A stretch of DNA of 33,457 nt, taken from the IMG/VR virus record IMGVR_UViG_3300005805_000265, positions 1 through 33,457 of that record; one strand, written 5' to 3'. Below are positions 32,823-33,457 of this stretch, piece after piece. This stretch comes from a virus. Its lineage: Duplodnaviria > Caudoviricetes. A program made the translations under genes and the position numbers. The notes below the pieces were generated by a model. The model was not told the DNA's origin. It did no database searches and saw nothing but the letters and a program-made list of their open reading frames with translations. The stretch's first letter is position 1. Every line of letters starts with the position of its first letter.

Positions 32823-33457
32823 GGCTGGGCCTCCTTCAGCTTCTGGATCTCGTCGCTGTAGAAGTCGGTGGCGAAGTCCACAAGCAAGCCGAGACGGGCA
32901 TAGAATGTCTCCTTGCCGTGGCCTGCAAGGTGTTCGGCTGCCCATTTTCGGCAGTAGTCGATCACCTCGTCCTTGCCCAACTCTCGCCACTCGTTCTGGG
33001 TCGGTGGCTGGGTCGGAACTGGGTCGGGCAACGGGCGGCGGGTGCGGACTACGCCATCAATTAAATTCATTTTGTAGCCAAGGGAGTCTTTGCATTGAAA
33101 CCAATGCGCCCCCCATCGCCACTCATCCCCCTCTTGGATCACCTCGTCAGGGCCAAGCTCTCGCCAGTCGGGGGTCATTTTGTTGGTGTCAACAAAATGA
33201 TCGGGGGAGGCTTCCTCTGGCGCGGGGGCGTGTTTATCTGGAACTTGCCAGTTCCCGAATGGCTTTCCTTCAACCAGTCTTTGAGCCGCACCACACCGAC
33301 TGCACCAATGCCAACGAGAGCCAAGTAGCATGAGGTCTTGGGTTTCGTGTTTGCATGGTTCCTCTGGCGCGGGGGCGAGTCGGGCTAGTTCTTTTACTGC
33401 ATCAATCTCATAATGCAGATCAATTAGCTGACTGGCTGAAAGCCCTTCCTTTTCTAG
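32819..33457 (-). CDS. mosaic hypothetical protein, partial (5' end outside the window)
   Basis: Frame is open from 33457 through the ATG at 33331; internal repeats APAPEE x2 and WRELG(P/K)DEVI x2. Confidence 0.65.
   Translation of the reverse strand, partial: LEKEGLSASQLIDLHYEIDAVKELARLAPAPEEPCKHETQDLMLLGSRWHWCSRCGAAQRLVEGKPFGNWQVPDKHAPAPEEASPDHFVDTNKMTPDWRELGPDEVIQEGDEWRWGAHWFQCKDSLGYKMNLIDGVVRTRRPLPDPVPTQPPTQNEWRELGKDEVIDYCRKWAAEHLAGHGKETFYARLGLLVDFATDFYSDEIQKLKEAQP

Noticed and set aside
32823-32990. N-terminal extension of ORF 32226..32990
   Set aside because: It overlaps the upstream gene; ATGA coupling supports a start at 32822.
1-33457. Window as a complete circular genome
   Set aside because: No terminal repeat seen, the partial ORFs at the two ends do not join in frame, and no replication genes are present.

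Overview
A GC-rich, incomplete temperate phage genome with a podovirus-like (P22/SU10-type) virion module. Genes are cut at both window ends and no replication genes are visible. The host may be verrucomicrobial or another PVC lineage (inference from SD-less C-rich leaders and the repeat types). The left 6.6 kb holds early, immunity and integration functions: a TerS-like HTH protein, an excisionase-like HTH protein, three ribbon-helix-helix regulators around a divergent promoter, a lipoprotein and a tyrosine integrase. It also holds an intact attP whose core is the 5' half of a tRNA-Thr(UGU). The remaining 27 kb is a minus-strand late operon. In transcription order it runs TerL, accessory genes, scaffold, major capsid, portal, fibre and adaptor genes, holin, M15 endolysin, nozzle, tail fibre plus chaperone, and four internal/ejection proteins. 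The most striking feature is that most spacers of the late operon, and several of its ORFs, are built from about 10 short 7/8/9-mer repeat modules. Several modules have fixed length and conserved non-repetitive tails. They are combined in different orders and occur as inverted pairs bracketing genes or gene modules (up to 48 bp perfect). They also supply start and stop codons, and two copies are interrupted by a 33-bp hairpin element. Several CCA-ending tRNA-like or structured RNA candidates lie among them. All product calls come from motif recognition and gene context, not from database searches.
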